A stretch of 64,000 nucleotides of DNA from an uncultured Bacteroidota bacterium (GCA_963700635.1 CAVOYH010000006.1:1-64000); one strand, 5' to 3'. Counted from the stretch's first letter, positions 21,548-32,400 are shown. A program made the numbers and translations. The notes: a model not told the origin generated them from the letters alone.

Positions 21548-23775
21548 CCTGGGTCTTCCACTCTTGCCTGCTGATCCTGCCGTCTCACTCTCCACATATA
21601 CGCCTCATCCACCCGCGGTTCGTCATCCCGGTGTTGTTCCATCAGGATGATCTTCCTTTCCAGCAGGTCGCCAAAATTCTCGCCGTAAATGTGGAGTGTT
21701 TCACAGAGCTCCGAGATGGAGAGAACATCACGCTGCGTCCGCTTCCAGAGTGACAGGAGTTCCCTGCTGTTCCGCACTTCATTGTCCACCATTTCCTTGC
21801 TCAACGCGCGATAGACATCCTTCTGCTGCTGTGTTTCCGCTTTGCGATATCCATGCACGGCCTCGCTCCAGGCCATCGTATTGCGCATCGTTGTCAGATA
21901 GGCGCGCGCCGCGAGCAGCCTGTCCCGCAGATCATCAAAGACGGGCAGAGCGGGATGGTCGACACGCAGGGTGCTCAACACTTCCACCGTCGCCCGCAGT
22001 GCTCCGTCGAGCGGAGGTAGTACCTGACGGTCAATCCGGTCTTTCCGGTCCGCCGCCTCGGACACGGACAGATACTGCCAGAGCATGTTCGCATTCAGGT
22101 CGATCCGTGCGGGATTGTTGAATGTTGCCAGGAGAAAACGTTCGTAGTACGCACGGTCGGCTGTTGGGAGTGCGTCAATATCCGGGACAAAAGGGCGAAC
22201 CCAGAGTCGGAACCAGGGGAAGGCGAAGGTGCTCATCGGGATGTCGGCAGGGTACGCACGCACGGCCTCGTCTGAAAACATCCAGACCGCGACAAGTGCG
22301 GCTGCATCCTGTTCCCCGACCCATCGCCGCGCAGTATCATGAAGGATGTCGGCAAGAGGGATTGTTGAGTCCATCTGCAAGACACGGAGGACTTCGCCGT
22401 TGGGATCATAGGGCGCGAGTGAGTGTGGTGTTCCACCGCAGAGAACCGCGCGGGTCCCCTGGCGCGCGGCCGTTGTCAGGCGTTCATAGACGAGTCCCGG
22501 ATACGGCAGCCCGTTGATGATGGTGCTGTTGACATCAACTTTCGCGTGCACCTGCGCTCCCGCTGCCGCAAGGGCTTCGATCTCTCCGGGGTTTCCGTGT
22601 TTCTCGAAAGAGCCAAATTCCCCGGCATCCAGGCCGTTTCCCAGTCCGGGAATAATGTACGGTCGTTCAACAAAGAACGGTGCCAGGTCACACACGACCC
22701 TGAATGATGGGTTCACGCGACGCGCTTCGTCGCGCAGGAGATGATAGTAGGACAGAACATTCCGGGCGGCTGTACGAGCGATTTCGTCGTGTGTCTTCCA
22801 TTCTCGCAGGAGATAAGGGCCGCCGTTTCTGCCGGCATACAGGGAGGACACAAATTCAAATCCGGCACCGCTGTCGTTGGTCCAGACGTGTATGAACCCC
22901 AGATCGGGGACTTCGCGGAGGATGGCACGCACAAGAGTCCGATAGTGTTCCTGCACGATGGGATGGGCCATCGCAAGCGTGTAACGGGGCCGGAATGTCT
23001 CGCGGGGATGATCCACCCGGGCACCCCGGAGGTAGCCGTTGGTGTGCCAGAACTCTTCCGGCATCGACCGGGGGGAGTTGATGTGCAGACCCGGCACAAG
23101 GCCATACCGGCGTGCAGACGCGGCATTTCGTTTCAGGGCCTGGAGGTTTGCGCTGAGATAGTCGGGAGGATAGTATCCACGGATCAGATCGGAATCCACA
23201 AACTGATCCAGATCCGGACTGTAGTCGTAGAACCAGAAGTACATGTCGCCCGGGGGGCCGGATTCATACGGACGCGCCCCCCCCAATCCGTTAATCGTCA
23301 CATGCGTGTAACCCTGCGTGGCGAGCTGTCGGATATACTCTTCGGCCGAGAAGTGCCGCGCGAGGCGGAGACTGCCGACCAGATGATCGCTGAGGTTCCG
23401 CAGCCATGGAAATGCCGGGCTCCAGGTGAGACCGTGTGTACACTGTTCCATGGTCAGGTGCGGGAGCCGCCCGAGGAGTGTGGAGACAAGCAGGTAGAGC
23501 CAGCGTGGCTGGGATGTCCGGATCGTACCGGAACCATCGTCGTCCAGCCGGAACGACAGGATCGGTTCGGCATCCCCCTCTGTTCCCCCATCGATCACCA
23601 GCGTGCCGGGAGCAGCTGCCGCCGGGGATGTACTGTCAACAATCGGGATTTCAAGACCGAGCTCCGACTTCCAGAGCTCGGCGGCTGTCTGCTCTACCGC
23701 CGCCCCCCGGGGATGAATGGCGATGATCCGGGTCTTTCGAGCGGCCTGATCTGCAAGTCGGGAGGTAAGGGTCAC
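21544..23775 (-). CDS. Hypothetical protein (743 aa), possible TIM-barrel glycoside hydrolase-like
   Basis: Long ORF translationally coupled on both sides. Short alpha/beta N-domain, a central region with GYTHVTIN, FIHVWTNDSGAG, and a helical C-terminus. No family recognised. Confidence 0.55.
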   Translation of the reverse strand: MTLTSRLADQAARKTRIIAIHPRGAAVEQTAAELWKSELGLEIPIVDSTSPAAAAPGTLVIDGGTEGDAEPILSFRLDDDGSGTIRTSQPRWLYLLVSTLLGRLPHLTMEQCTHGLTWSPAFPWLRNLSDHLVGSLRLARHFSAEEYIRQLATQGYTHVTINGLGGARPYESGPPGDMYFWFYDYSPDLDQFVDSDLIRGYYPPDYLSANLQALKRNAASARRYGLVPGLHINSPRSMPEEFWHTNGYLRGARVDHPRETFRPRYTLAMAHPIVQEHYRTLVRAILREVPDLGFIHVWTNDSGAGFEFVSSLYAGRNGGPYLLREWKTHDEIARTAARNVLSYYHLLRDEARRVNPSFRVVCDLAPFFVERPYIIPGLGNGLDAGEFGSFEKHGNPGEIEALAAAGAQVHAKVDVNSTIINGLPYPGLVYERLTTAARQGTRAVLCGGTPHSLAPYDPNGEVLRVLQMDSTIPLADILHDTARRWVGEQDAAALVAVWMFSDEAVRAYPADIPMSTFAFPWFRLWVRPFVPDIDALPTADRAYYERFLLATFNNPARIDLNANMLWQYLSVSEAADRKDRIDRQVLPPLDGALRATVEVLSTLRVDHPALPVFDDLRDRLLAARAYLTTMRNTMAWSEAVHGYRKAETQQQKDVYRALSKEMVDNEVRNSRELLSLWKRTQRDVLSISELCETLHIYGENFGDLLERKIILMEQHRDDEPRVDEAYMWRVRRQDQQARVEDPG

Positions 23776-24617
23776 AAGGATTTCTCCGGCGCTCCAATCC
23801 CCAGCACGCTGCGGCAGAATTCTATGCTCTCCCGGATTGCACTCTCCTCCCGTTCGAGGGAGGATCGTTCTCCACGGACAGGGTCAGTGGGGATCTCCAG
23901 GATCAGGCGATCTGCGACACCTTGTTCCTCCACGATGCGGAACAACTCCTCAAGCGGAAGAACACCCATACCGAGGGGAACGCCGGTGAATTTGCATCCG
24001 GTTGCCGTGTCCGTCACCGTATAGTCCTTGAACTGCACTGCCACCGCAAAGGGGATCATACGCTCAGCGGCATCGAGCACATCTTCCAGCACGCGGAGGC
24101 TGTTCCCGACATCGAGGCAGATGCCTACATGCGTGCTGCCAAGCGTTTCCACAAGGGCAACCAATTCGTCACTCCGGACGTCCCCGCGATTCTCCAGCGC
24201 CAGGCGGACATCCGTATCTTCCAGCATGCGCACACAGGAGCGGATGGAACGTTCTGCATGTTCCAGCTCCCGGGCGAGATCGGTAGTTTCGGCAAAGCGG
24301 GAAAAACCAAATGATGTTCGCAGAATCGGGCTTCCCAGCCGGCGGCAAATCTGGACCCCTTTTTTGATTGATACAGCGTCTACGCCGTTGATCCCGTACT
24401 CTACAAAGAGCCCGCGTTCCGATGATTCTTCACGGAGTACATCCAGATGCTCGTCATCCGCCTGCCGCAGATGAGCGGGATCGATATGGAATCCCTGCAG
24501 TCCGTATTCCGAAACGCGATCCAGGAAGGCAAAGAGGTCCATCGGGCGTGATGGCCGGAGGTCGCCATGGCGTCCGAACGCAAGATGATGGCTGTATGTA
24601 TTAAGTCCGATTAACAT
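23772..24617 (-). CDS. Sugar phosphate isomerase/epimerase family TIM-barrel protein
   Basis: LALENRGD, ICLDVGN, VQFKD, PLGMG and ILE pattern. Confidence 0.85.
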   Translation of the reverse strand: MLIGLNTYSHHLAFGRHGDLRPSRPMDLFAFLDRVSEYGLQGFHIDPAHLRQADDEHLDVLREESSERGLFVEYGINGVDAVSIKKGVQICRRLGSPILRTSFGFSRFAETTDLARELEHAERSIRSCVRMLEDTDVRLALENRGDVRSDELVALVETLGSTHVGICLDVGNSLRVLEDVLDAAERMIPFAVAVQFKDYTVTDTATGCKFTGVPLGMGVLPLEELFRIVEEQGVADRLILEIPTDPVRGERSSLEREESAIRESIEFCRSVLGIGAPEKSL

Positions 24618-24670
24618 GTCCCGGAAACTGCGGGTTCACGATCCGCCTGTTATGGTGATCCCCTGTGGTC

Positions 24671-25699
24671 TTACCCGTTGTGGGTGAGTTCTTTACGTAC
24701 GATTTTTGCGCCTTCGACCATTGCGCACAATTTTGCAAAAGCCCGGTCCCGGGGCATAAACTTCATACCACAATCGGGGCTGATATACATCTGTTCTGCA
24801 GGGATGTACTTCAGGGCCTCCCGGATCCGTCCGGCAACAACATCGGCTGTTTCCACGCGTTCATCTTTCACGTCGATCACTCCAACCACAACTTCTTTTT
24901 TTGTAGGATACTGTTGAAAGAGTTCGAGGCCGACACCGTCGGAAACAGCAAATTCCATGCTGATCTGGTGTGCATGGGTGTCCAGGATAGCAGGGAACAA
25001 CTCGCCATACTGCCCCGTAAAGAGCTTTTTTAACTGATAGTTGCCATAACACACATGGAGGGCGATCTTCGCCTTCACACCGTCAACCAGTCTATTAAAC
25101 GACTCCACAAGCCAGGGCATGTCCTGGGGATAACCGACCCATATCGGTTCGTCGATCTGGATGAACGTACACCCTGCCGCAACCAGTGCTTTGAGTTCCG
25201 TACGCAAAATGTCCGTCAGGTCAAAGACCAGTTCTTTGTCGGAAGGATAAAATTCATTGGTTGCCCGTTTGGCAAGCATGTGCGGTCCGGTGACACACAC
25301 CTTTGTTGCATGACGGGCATAGGTCTTCAGGAATGTGAAGTGTTCGTCCATTCCCAGGCTTCCCTTATGGCGCACTTTTTCACGCACCACGGGGTCAAGC
25401 ATCTGGACGGAAGGATCGAGGTTACCGATCGCCTTCATCTTACCCGCCATGTCAAAACCCTGGATACGCATGGAAAAGAAATTGACCATCGATTCCCTGC
25501 GGAGTTCCCCATCCGCGATGATATCCACACCGGCAGCTTCCTGATCGAGGATGGCGGAACGGACGGCATAGTCGTGCGCATCGGCCACGTCGGAGGCCTT
25601 GATGCTCCCCTGTTTCCCGAGCGACCGCACCTGGACGAGCCACGGTGGAAGCGAATAGCTGCCGATGACGGTTGTGGGAAGGAGAGGGAGAGAGGTCAT
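24671..25699 (-). CDS. Cobalamin-independent methionine synthase II family (stand-alone MetE C-terminal domain)
   Basis: TTVIGSY, DGELRRE, IQIDEP, Zn ligands in LHVCYGN, MEF and SPDCG. Confidence 0.88.
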   Translation of the reverse strand: MTSLPLLPTTVIGSYSLPPWLVQVRSLGKQGSIKASDVADAHDYAVRSAILDQEAAGVDIIADGELRRESMVNFFSMRIQGFDMAGKMKAIGNLDPSVQMLDPVVREKVRHKGSLGMDEHFTFLKTYARHATKVCVTGPHMLAKRATNEFYPSDKELVFDLTDILRTELKALVAAGCTFIQIDEPIWVGYPQDMPWLVESFNRLVDGVKAKIALHVCYGNYQLKKLFTGQYGELFPAILDTHAHQISMEFAVSDGVGLELFQQYPTKKEVVVGVIDVKDERVETADVVAGRIREALKYIPAEQMYISPDCGMKFMPRDRAFAKLCAMVEGAKIVRKELTHNG

Positions 25700-25724
25700 G
25701 GGGGAGACTCCGAGATGGTAAGGG

Positions 25725-25766
25725 AAAAAAGAAATAGTCAGGGTGCGTAGGCACCCTGACTATTTC
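25725..25766 (-). terminator. Intrinsic terminator after the PorV-family gene
   Basis: Perfect 16-bp stem GAAATAGTCAGGGTGC-(4 nt)-GCACCCTGACTATTTC at 25731-25766, followed on the minus strand by TTTTTT. Confidence 0.88.
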
Positions 25767-25787
25767 CGACCGTCTTACATATGCAGA

Positions 25788-26831
25788 CTATTTCATTGAG
25801 AGTTGAATGGTGAACCGGTGCACCGCATCCAGAGATGTAAATACGGTGTACGCATAATCAAACCCAATGGCGTAGTCTTCGAACGGGACACGGATACCGC
25901 CACCGAAGCTACCTTTTTCAAGGCTGGTCTGGATCGGCGCACGTTGTGTCGTACCGCCGTCGATGCCGTCCCCGATCAGACCGAAGTAGCTGTAGTTGAA
26001 CTTCCACCCGGCACGCAGGAAGAACGTCTTGTCAACATTCAGTTCCATACCGGAAAAGTAGTACTGCTGACCATCCTGCGGTTTTACCAGGTCGACGGCC
26101 ATCATAATGGAAGAGCTCTCCCCGAAGGTGATCGGGGTCATGGAGGTTCCGATGCTGAACGTCAACGGAATGGGTGCTGCGTAGTCGTAGAACTTCATAT
26201 CGGCGCCCAGATTACTCAGACGTGCACCGATACTCCAGCCCATGACTCCGACATGGTACACGGAACCCAGGTCGAACGCAATCGCTGACGCATTCTGGTC
26301 ATCGATTTTCTCGTTGAGGTACTTCACGGAAACACCAAGGGAAAGGTTGTCCGTGATGTAACGGGAGAGCGTCGCCTGCACAAGGAGATCCTGATAGTCA
26401 TAGGTCTCGGCTGCGACCTGATCGATCTCCAGTGCGCCGAGTTGCGGGTCCGTGAATCCGTAATCGCGGTCGGCCGGGATACCGGAGACACCGAACGTCA
26501 TAAAGCCGACGCCGATGGTGCCGATATCTTCCAGGTTATAGCTGACCGCGGCCACTTCCTGCGCCAATCCCGCAATCCAGTTGTTGTGTGTGAATGTCGC
26601 CTGCATCGTTTCATTTTGCAGGGCAACGCCGGCGGGGTTCCAGAACATATTGCTCACGTCGCCGGTGAGTGATGTCGCCGCAGAGCCCAATGCAACCTGA
26701 CGGGCACCTACGCCGATCTTGAGAAACGCAGCGCTGTTAACGCCGCTCTTGCGTGTCTGGGCATCGGCCGTTTGCACAGCCATCCCGAGGACAAGCAACA
26801 CGATTACAACTGCAAGACACTTCGATTTCAT
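25788..26831 (-). CDS. PorV/PorQ-family outer-membrane beta-barrel (FadL-like, T9SS-associated)
   Basis: Signal peptide; AAFLKIGVGARQVALG, FWNPAG, AFDLG, SNLG and DYAY...HRF motifs typical of this family. Confidence 0.85.
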   Translation of the reverse strand: MKSKCLAVVIVLLVLGMAVQTADAQTRKSGVNSAAFLKIGVGARQVALGSAATSLTGDVSNMFWNPAGVALQNETMQATFTHNNWIAGLAQEVAAVSYNLEDIGTIGVGFMTFGVSGIPADRDYGFTDPQLGALEIDQVAAETYDYQDLLVQATLSRYITDNLSLGVSVKYLNEKIDDQNASAIAFDLGSVYHVGVMGWSIGARLSNLGADMKFYDYAAPIPLTFSIGTSMTPITFGESSSIMMAVDLVKPQDGQQYYFSGMELNVDKTFFLRAGWKFNYSYFGLIGDGIDGGTTQRAPIQTSLEKGSFGGGIRVPFEDYAIGFDYAYTVFTSLDAVHRFTIQLSMK

Positions 26832-26858
26832 AATTTTATCCTCGTGGTAGCTGATGGG

Positions 26859-29405
26859 TTATCGTAAGATCGAAAAATACCCGACCTTGCTGCCGCTCGG
26901 GGATTCGACGACATACACGTACAGGCCGCTTGCCACTTCGATGCCGTCTTTTGAGAACATATCCCAGAATATACTTCCCAAACTCGGGTCGCTGGAAGCA
27001 AACTGGATGACGTCAATAATCTGTCCGGACACATCCAGAATGGTGATCTTCGCCTGCGGCGGGAGGTTGTAGAAGAGCAGCTTATGGTCGTACACGAGAG
27101 TCCGGTTGTCATGCAGGGCAGCCCGTTTGTACGGGTTCGGCCGGACACCAACAGCACTCACATTACCTTTGGGAGCAAGCGCAGAATACACGATCTGCCT
27201 TCCACCGATGTTCTTCAGTCCGGTGGCATCCTTCGGATAGTTTGTGTTGTTGTAGCCGAACGGGTAGGTCAGATTCCAGAGACCCGATGCACCGTTGCGG
27301 TTCGTGTAGTGTGTTTCGATCCTATTTGTGGTTTCCCCACCAGGACCGGTATAGGTTCCTTCTTTGTATGCTGAAACGTAGTAGAAGTAGGTGAACCCAA
27401 GGATGACGTCTGAGTCTTCATACTTGTACGTGTAGCCCGCACTGTTCGCAGGGGTGTAGTTCCCCTTTTCTGCCTTGGGGATAACTTTGATAAGATCCCA
27501 TGTTCCCCACGTGTCGGGCTGATAGGTGCCTTTCAGCGTGGTGCTCTGCGTCTTGGCAAATGCGTCGAACTTGGGATTGACTGGTTTGTAGAGAGCCGTC
27601 GGACGCGGACCAACGGTCATCTGTTCGTGGAACAGGTCGACCACCCGCATACCTTCATCCAGCCAGTTGAGTTTCTTGAACTGAGCCGAACGCCAGACTT
27701 TGTAGCCGGCAAATTCAGCATCGGTTTCTGCCTTGGCATCCCACTCGATGCGCGAGGACTTGGTCAACGTATTGGAAACCTTGATGTCCGGCAATGAGGG
27801 AAGCACCGGAATCACGTAGTTCTGCGCATAGGCCCAGCGTGCCGCACGGACGGCTTTCTGAATGCCTTCCACACGGTAGCCGGCAACTGTCGCAAACACC
27901 AGCGTCATGGTTTCGTCTTTGGCCAGCGAGAACGGACCGATACCGCTGTACGCATCGCCGTCAAAGTTCTCTGTATGGCTTGCGCCAGCAGTCCACTTAC
28001 CGTAGCCGGTCGGGTAGTTCACGGATGCACTCGCACGGCCGTCTTCAGTCGACACCTGATCAAAGAATCCGGTCGCCTGCATCGAACCGTCCGGACGCGG
28101 GAAGGGAGCTGGTTTGGCGACAAACGTGGTCACGTCGCCTGCCGTACCGGCGCTGAACATGTTGGCATTCGGACCAAAATTAAGGAGATTAAAGTCCGAT
28201 GTGCTGTGCGATTTTCCGGCATCAATGTAGTATGCAGCAGTTGTTGCGTAGAACATCGCCTTCGGGTTGCCGGTGGTATGGCCCCAGCGGGTGGACTGGC
28301 CGGAAACGTAGTGGCCGCGTTGTGGACCCACACCGATCGGGTGGTTGCCAAAGATGGTAGTCTTTGTGGGAAGACCTGAAGTCGACAACGCACGGTTGGC
28401 CGGAAGGCCGCCCTGCTTCGCATCAAGCATGACCCATCCGGTGTAGATATCAGTGTAGTTCTTTGACGCTCCACCGTTAAAACCGTGATCCCAGTTTCCT
28501 GCAGTCGGATTTGCAGTTGTCGGGGCGGTACGGTAGAACGTAAATGCCCATGGGTCGCCATTCTCATCCACATCGTCGATCCAGCATGACTGCCGCGCGA
28601 TGATGGTTGGCACGATGTCGTTCGCGTTTCGCCCGCCACCTGCATAGCTGCCAATGGACATGTATGCTTCGCCACTCACCTGGAACGCAAGAGCTTTGAT
28701 GGCATTATCCACTTTTTCTGCAACGCCATTCATGTCCATGTCAAGGACGCCCGTATTCTTCAGTTCCACCTCAACGATGACATAGTCGTTCAGGTTGTTC
28801 CAGTTCGGACCCTGGAACGAGTGGGCGCGCAGCTTCACATCCAGACCGACGTTCGTCGGCCACGCCGCTTCGTACACGGAATGTTGCCTTCTGGTCCCGT
28901 CAACCCAGTATGGTTCCACATAGTACTTCCGGGTTGCGTCCGTTGCACCCACAACAGTACCCTTGTAGGTGAGCTGGGCGAATTCGGAGTACGCGTTGGT
29001 GGTATTCCGCGAGCCCGCGAAGTAACTCGGGTTGGTGGCGCCACCGATTTTTTCAGGGTTAAACGTCGGGCTGTTGTCATAGACGAACACCATGGCATTT
29101 TTGAACCAGTAGGGTGTCATCCAATAAGCTGCCGGCCAGTGGGTACCTGGCGTCGTCCAACCACGGTCAAAGTTACCCATCCGGAGGAATGTGCGAGTGC
29201 CAAGCGTCGCCGCCGTGCCTGCATCACTGTAGCTTGGTGTCTCGCCCTGCGGGAGGAATGACTCCCACACGTCGCCGGCCTGCAATACGCCGCCGCCCGG
29301 ATAATTGAATACCGACGCGGTCTGGCTTGTTGCCATGAAAGGCAACAGGACAAGCGCACAGACTACGAAGGTCATCAGCAGTATTCGTTGATTTGTGATA
29401 CTCAT
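26859..29405 (-). CDS. Large secreted protein with Fn3-like segment and C-terminal T9SS-sorting-like domain
   Basis: Signal peptide with no lipobox. IEWD...FAGYKVWRS...YFYYVSAY is Fn3-like. The C-terminus VRPNPY...FYNLP..AKITILDVSGQII...WDM.SKDG.EVASGLYVYVV...F.ILR resembles a T9SS CTD. Confidence 0.75.
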   Translation of the reverse strand: MSITNQRILLMTFVVCALVLLPFMATSQTASVFNYPGGGVLQAGDVWESFLPQGETPSYSDAGTAATLGTRTFLRMGNFDRGWTTPGTHWPAAYWMTPYWFKNAMVFVYDNSPTFNPEKIGGATNPSYFAGSRNTTNAYSEFAQLTYKGTVVGATDATRKYYVEPYWVDGTRRQHSVYEAAWPTNVGLDVKLRAHSFQGPNWNNLNDYVIVEVELKNTGVLDMDMNGVAEKVDNAIKALAFQVSGEAYMSIGSYAGGGRNANDIVPTIIARQSCWIDDVDENGDPWAFTFYRTAPTTANPTAGNWDHGFNGGASKNYTDIYTGWVMLDAKQGGLPANRALSTSGLPTKTTIFGNHPIGVGPQRGHYVSGQSTRWGHTTGNPKAMFYATTAAYYIDAGKSHSTSDFNLLNFGPNANMFSAGTAGDVTTFVAKPAPFPRPDGSMQATGFFDQVSTEDGRASASVNYPTGYGKWTAGASHTENFDGDAYSGIGPFSLAKDETMTLVFATVAGYRVEGIQKAVRAARWAYAQNYVIPVLPSLPDIKVSNTLTKSSRIEWDAKAETDAEFAGYKVWRSAQFKKLNWLDEGMRVVDLFHEQMTVGPRPTALYKPVNPKFDAFAKTQSTTLKGTYQPDTWGTWDLIKVIPKAEKGNYTPANSAGYTYKYEDSDVILGFTYFYYVSAYKEGTYTGPGGETTNRIETHYTNRNGASGLWNLTYPFGYNNTNYPKDATGLKNIGGRQIVYSALAPKGNVSAVGVRPNPYKRAALHDNRTLVYDHKLLFYNLPPQAKITILDVSGQIIDVIQFASSDPSLGSIFWDMFSKDGIEVASGLYVYVVESPSGSKVGYFSILR

Positions 29406-29441
29406 GATCCTCTCCTATGTATGGAGTTGTTCCATTCGTGC

Positions 29442-32400
29442 TTAAAATTCAAACCGCACGCCAAAGTAATATTCGCGCGGAATGTCGTAGAAGAGACTGT
29501 TGTCAAGGCTGACCGGACGTTTGTAGCTTCCCGTCGGATCGGCGTTCCCTTCGTCATTGCTGGTTTCCCAAATCTGTGCACCGCTGAGGGTATTGTCATA
29601 ACCGATGATGTTGGTCCAGTTGAAGGCATTCTTCACATCGGCAAAGACCGCGATGCGGATATTGTCAAACCGGAAGCCCTTTTCCAGACGGAAATCAACC
29701 ATCTGGTTCCATGGCGACTGGCCGAGCTGACGGTTCGCAACGCGCGGGTCCACAGTGTAGAGGAGCGGATAGTAGAAGCCGCTCTGGAACGTACCCACTG
29801 ACGAGAGCTGGAAGTCTTCCGGGAAACCAAGGACCAGTGTGTAACTGATCCGGTGTTCACGGTCATATCCGCCCGTCAGCGTGCTGTTGCCGCCTACAAC
29901 GTTGTTCTGGACTTTGTTGTAATAGATAAAGTCGTTGAACGGCAGCTTGTTGTTGTACTGCAGCGAGTCAAGAGTCGAGAAGGTCGTGCGCTGGGTTCCA
30001 TCATTACCGGTCCAGCCCGAGGCCTTCACATAGGTGTAGGCATAGCTTGCGCGGCCAGACACCCACAGGAAATCAAGATACTGTCTGCGGATTGCCTGTA
30101 ACGTTACCTCGATACCACGCGCATCCGCATACTGCCCGTTCATCGGGAGATGGAGGATGTTCGAGCCGTTGGTCAGCTGCAGGGTGAACGAAGGCGTCGA
30201 GTAGTTCTCGACGTCTCTCATGTACGCGGTGAAGTTCAAACCGAACTGCGCCGGCATAAACTCCCACTGCACGCCGATTTCATAGTTCGAAGACTTGATC
30301 AGGTCCTGATGTAAGGACACAAAATTCGGGAAACTTCCCGGCGCGCCGAACAGCAGGCTGTAGCTTGAGTAGAGCCGTGAGAACGGGGGAGGCGTGGCCT
30401 GACGCGAATACGAGAAGAACAATGCGGCCTGATCGCCCACCGGGTGTGACACACCGATACGCGGGGAGAAGAACCAGATTGCAGGTTCTTTTTCCGTTGC
30501 ACGGATCGGGATGTTGGAACGGAGCCCGACACCGTCAACATCGATGGTATCGGCCTTGAAGTAGTTGTAGTAGTTTGCAATGTCCGCTGCATTCGGATCC
30601 CACCTGTCAAGACGGGCGCCGATGTTCAGCACCAGACCGCCGAACTCCATCCGATCCGACGCATACACGCCGAATTCACTCGGATAGAAATTCCACTTCT
30701 CGACAAACAGGCGTGCCCGGAGGTCCGTGGCATCCGCACCAAGTGTGGAGTTCCGGCCAACGCGGGACACATCGTGCAGCTTCAACTGGAAGCCGGCTTT
30801 GAGCTGGTGATTAAAAGTCGCCTGGCTCGTAATGTCGGCACGAAGAGTATTGACGATATTCTTCAGCTGGTCATACACGAATTGCGGGCGTGTAAAACCG
30901 GTCTGGATGTTGCCGATGGAGCCGGGAGGGCCGAGGAAACTGGCGGCCGCTTCGTCACCAATACGGAAGAACTTACCCAGATCGGTGGAGGCCTTGGAGA
31001 CATACTTGGCGATGGCTTCGGGAGTCTCCAGCGTCAGGAAATCGCCGCCCTCGTCCAGACCAGCATACCCGTCACCGTTTTCGTCGGTGTAGCCATAGGT
31101 CTCTTGTTTGTAGGTCCGGCTCAGCTGCACTTCATAGAACGTTGAGGGAGAGAGCATATGAGTCAGCTTCAAACTTCCGACATAGCTCAATCCGTCATTC
31201 TTCGGCACACCTTCGAGGAAATAGCGGAACCGATCGTTGTAGTCGGTATTCTTCCATCCGAAGAGTTGTCCCTTGTCATTGATAATACCAAACGCATCAA
31301 GTTTGATGTCGTTGGAAATGTTATAGCCGGTCTTTAATGTAATATCAGCCTGGCGGCTCCGCTGGTTGGGAAGGCGGCCGTGGGTATCAAAGAACCGGCC
31401 CGAAGCGTAGAAACGCCAGTCATCGGTGATGTTTCCGCCGAGGAAAGCTTCAACATCAATCGACGGTTTGTTCTGATTGTCGTACCGGCCTGTATCATAT
31501 TTGAATTTGCTGTACCGTGTGCTGTCATTGGTGATCCCGGTCTGCACTGCGGCGGTCCGAACCGGAATGGCATACAGCGAATCGAGTCTGCGTTTTGTGG
31601 AGTACCTGTCAGAGAAGAATTTGTAATCGTCCCAGTAAACGGACGGGCCGTTGTAGCTCAGACCATTAAACTGGCTGACACGGGCGTTAAAGCCACCCTT
31701 CAGCGCTCCGCGACCTTCTTTTAATGCGTAGGTGATGGTACCGGCAGTTGCACCCGGATTCTCAGCACCGAGGGCGCCGGTGTTCAACGCCATCTGTTCC
31801 ACCGCACCGAAGTTCACGTTGGTGTTCGTGCTCAACTGGCTCTGCTGGTTGCGGGTCAAACTCGCGGCCACCAGAATACCCTGATTTGCCTGTTCGGCGG
31901 CGATGGCATAGTACTGGTCTGTCACATCAACGCCGTCAATGATGGTCTTTGTTTCGTTGATCTTGCCGCCACGGACGAATCCTTTGTAGGCGCCGGGCGT
32001 AGTGTTCAGAACTTCAATCGCGCTCACCATCGGAAGATTTGTGATTTCTTCGCTGGTGACCGTGCTCTTGGTGGAGGTACGGTTCTTGTCCACCACACGC
32101 CGTTCCGCAGAAATGAGCACCTCGCTCACTTCGACGGCTTCGGAGGGGAGAGTGAAGTTCAATTCCACGGTCTGATCGAGGTTCACGCGAACATTCTCAA
32201 CCAGGACGCGGCGGTAACCCACCGAAGATGCCTGCAAGCGGTATTCTCCGGGGGGAACGTTCAAGATTGTGTAATTGCCGTTGACGTCTGCCGTCGCGCC
32301 TAACGTTGTCCCTACAACTACAACGTTTGCACCCGGCAACGCCTGTTTTGTTGCATCGTCCCGTACTGTACCCCGCAGCTTTCCATTGGCGCCAAATGCC

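Noticed and set aside
17746-24024. Long plus-strand ORFs (17746..18849, 19656..20765, 22741..24024) and similar antisense ORFs elsewhere
   Set aside because: They are shadows of well-supported opposite-strand genes in GC-rich DNA and have no recognisable motifs.
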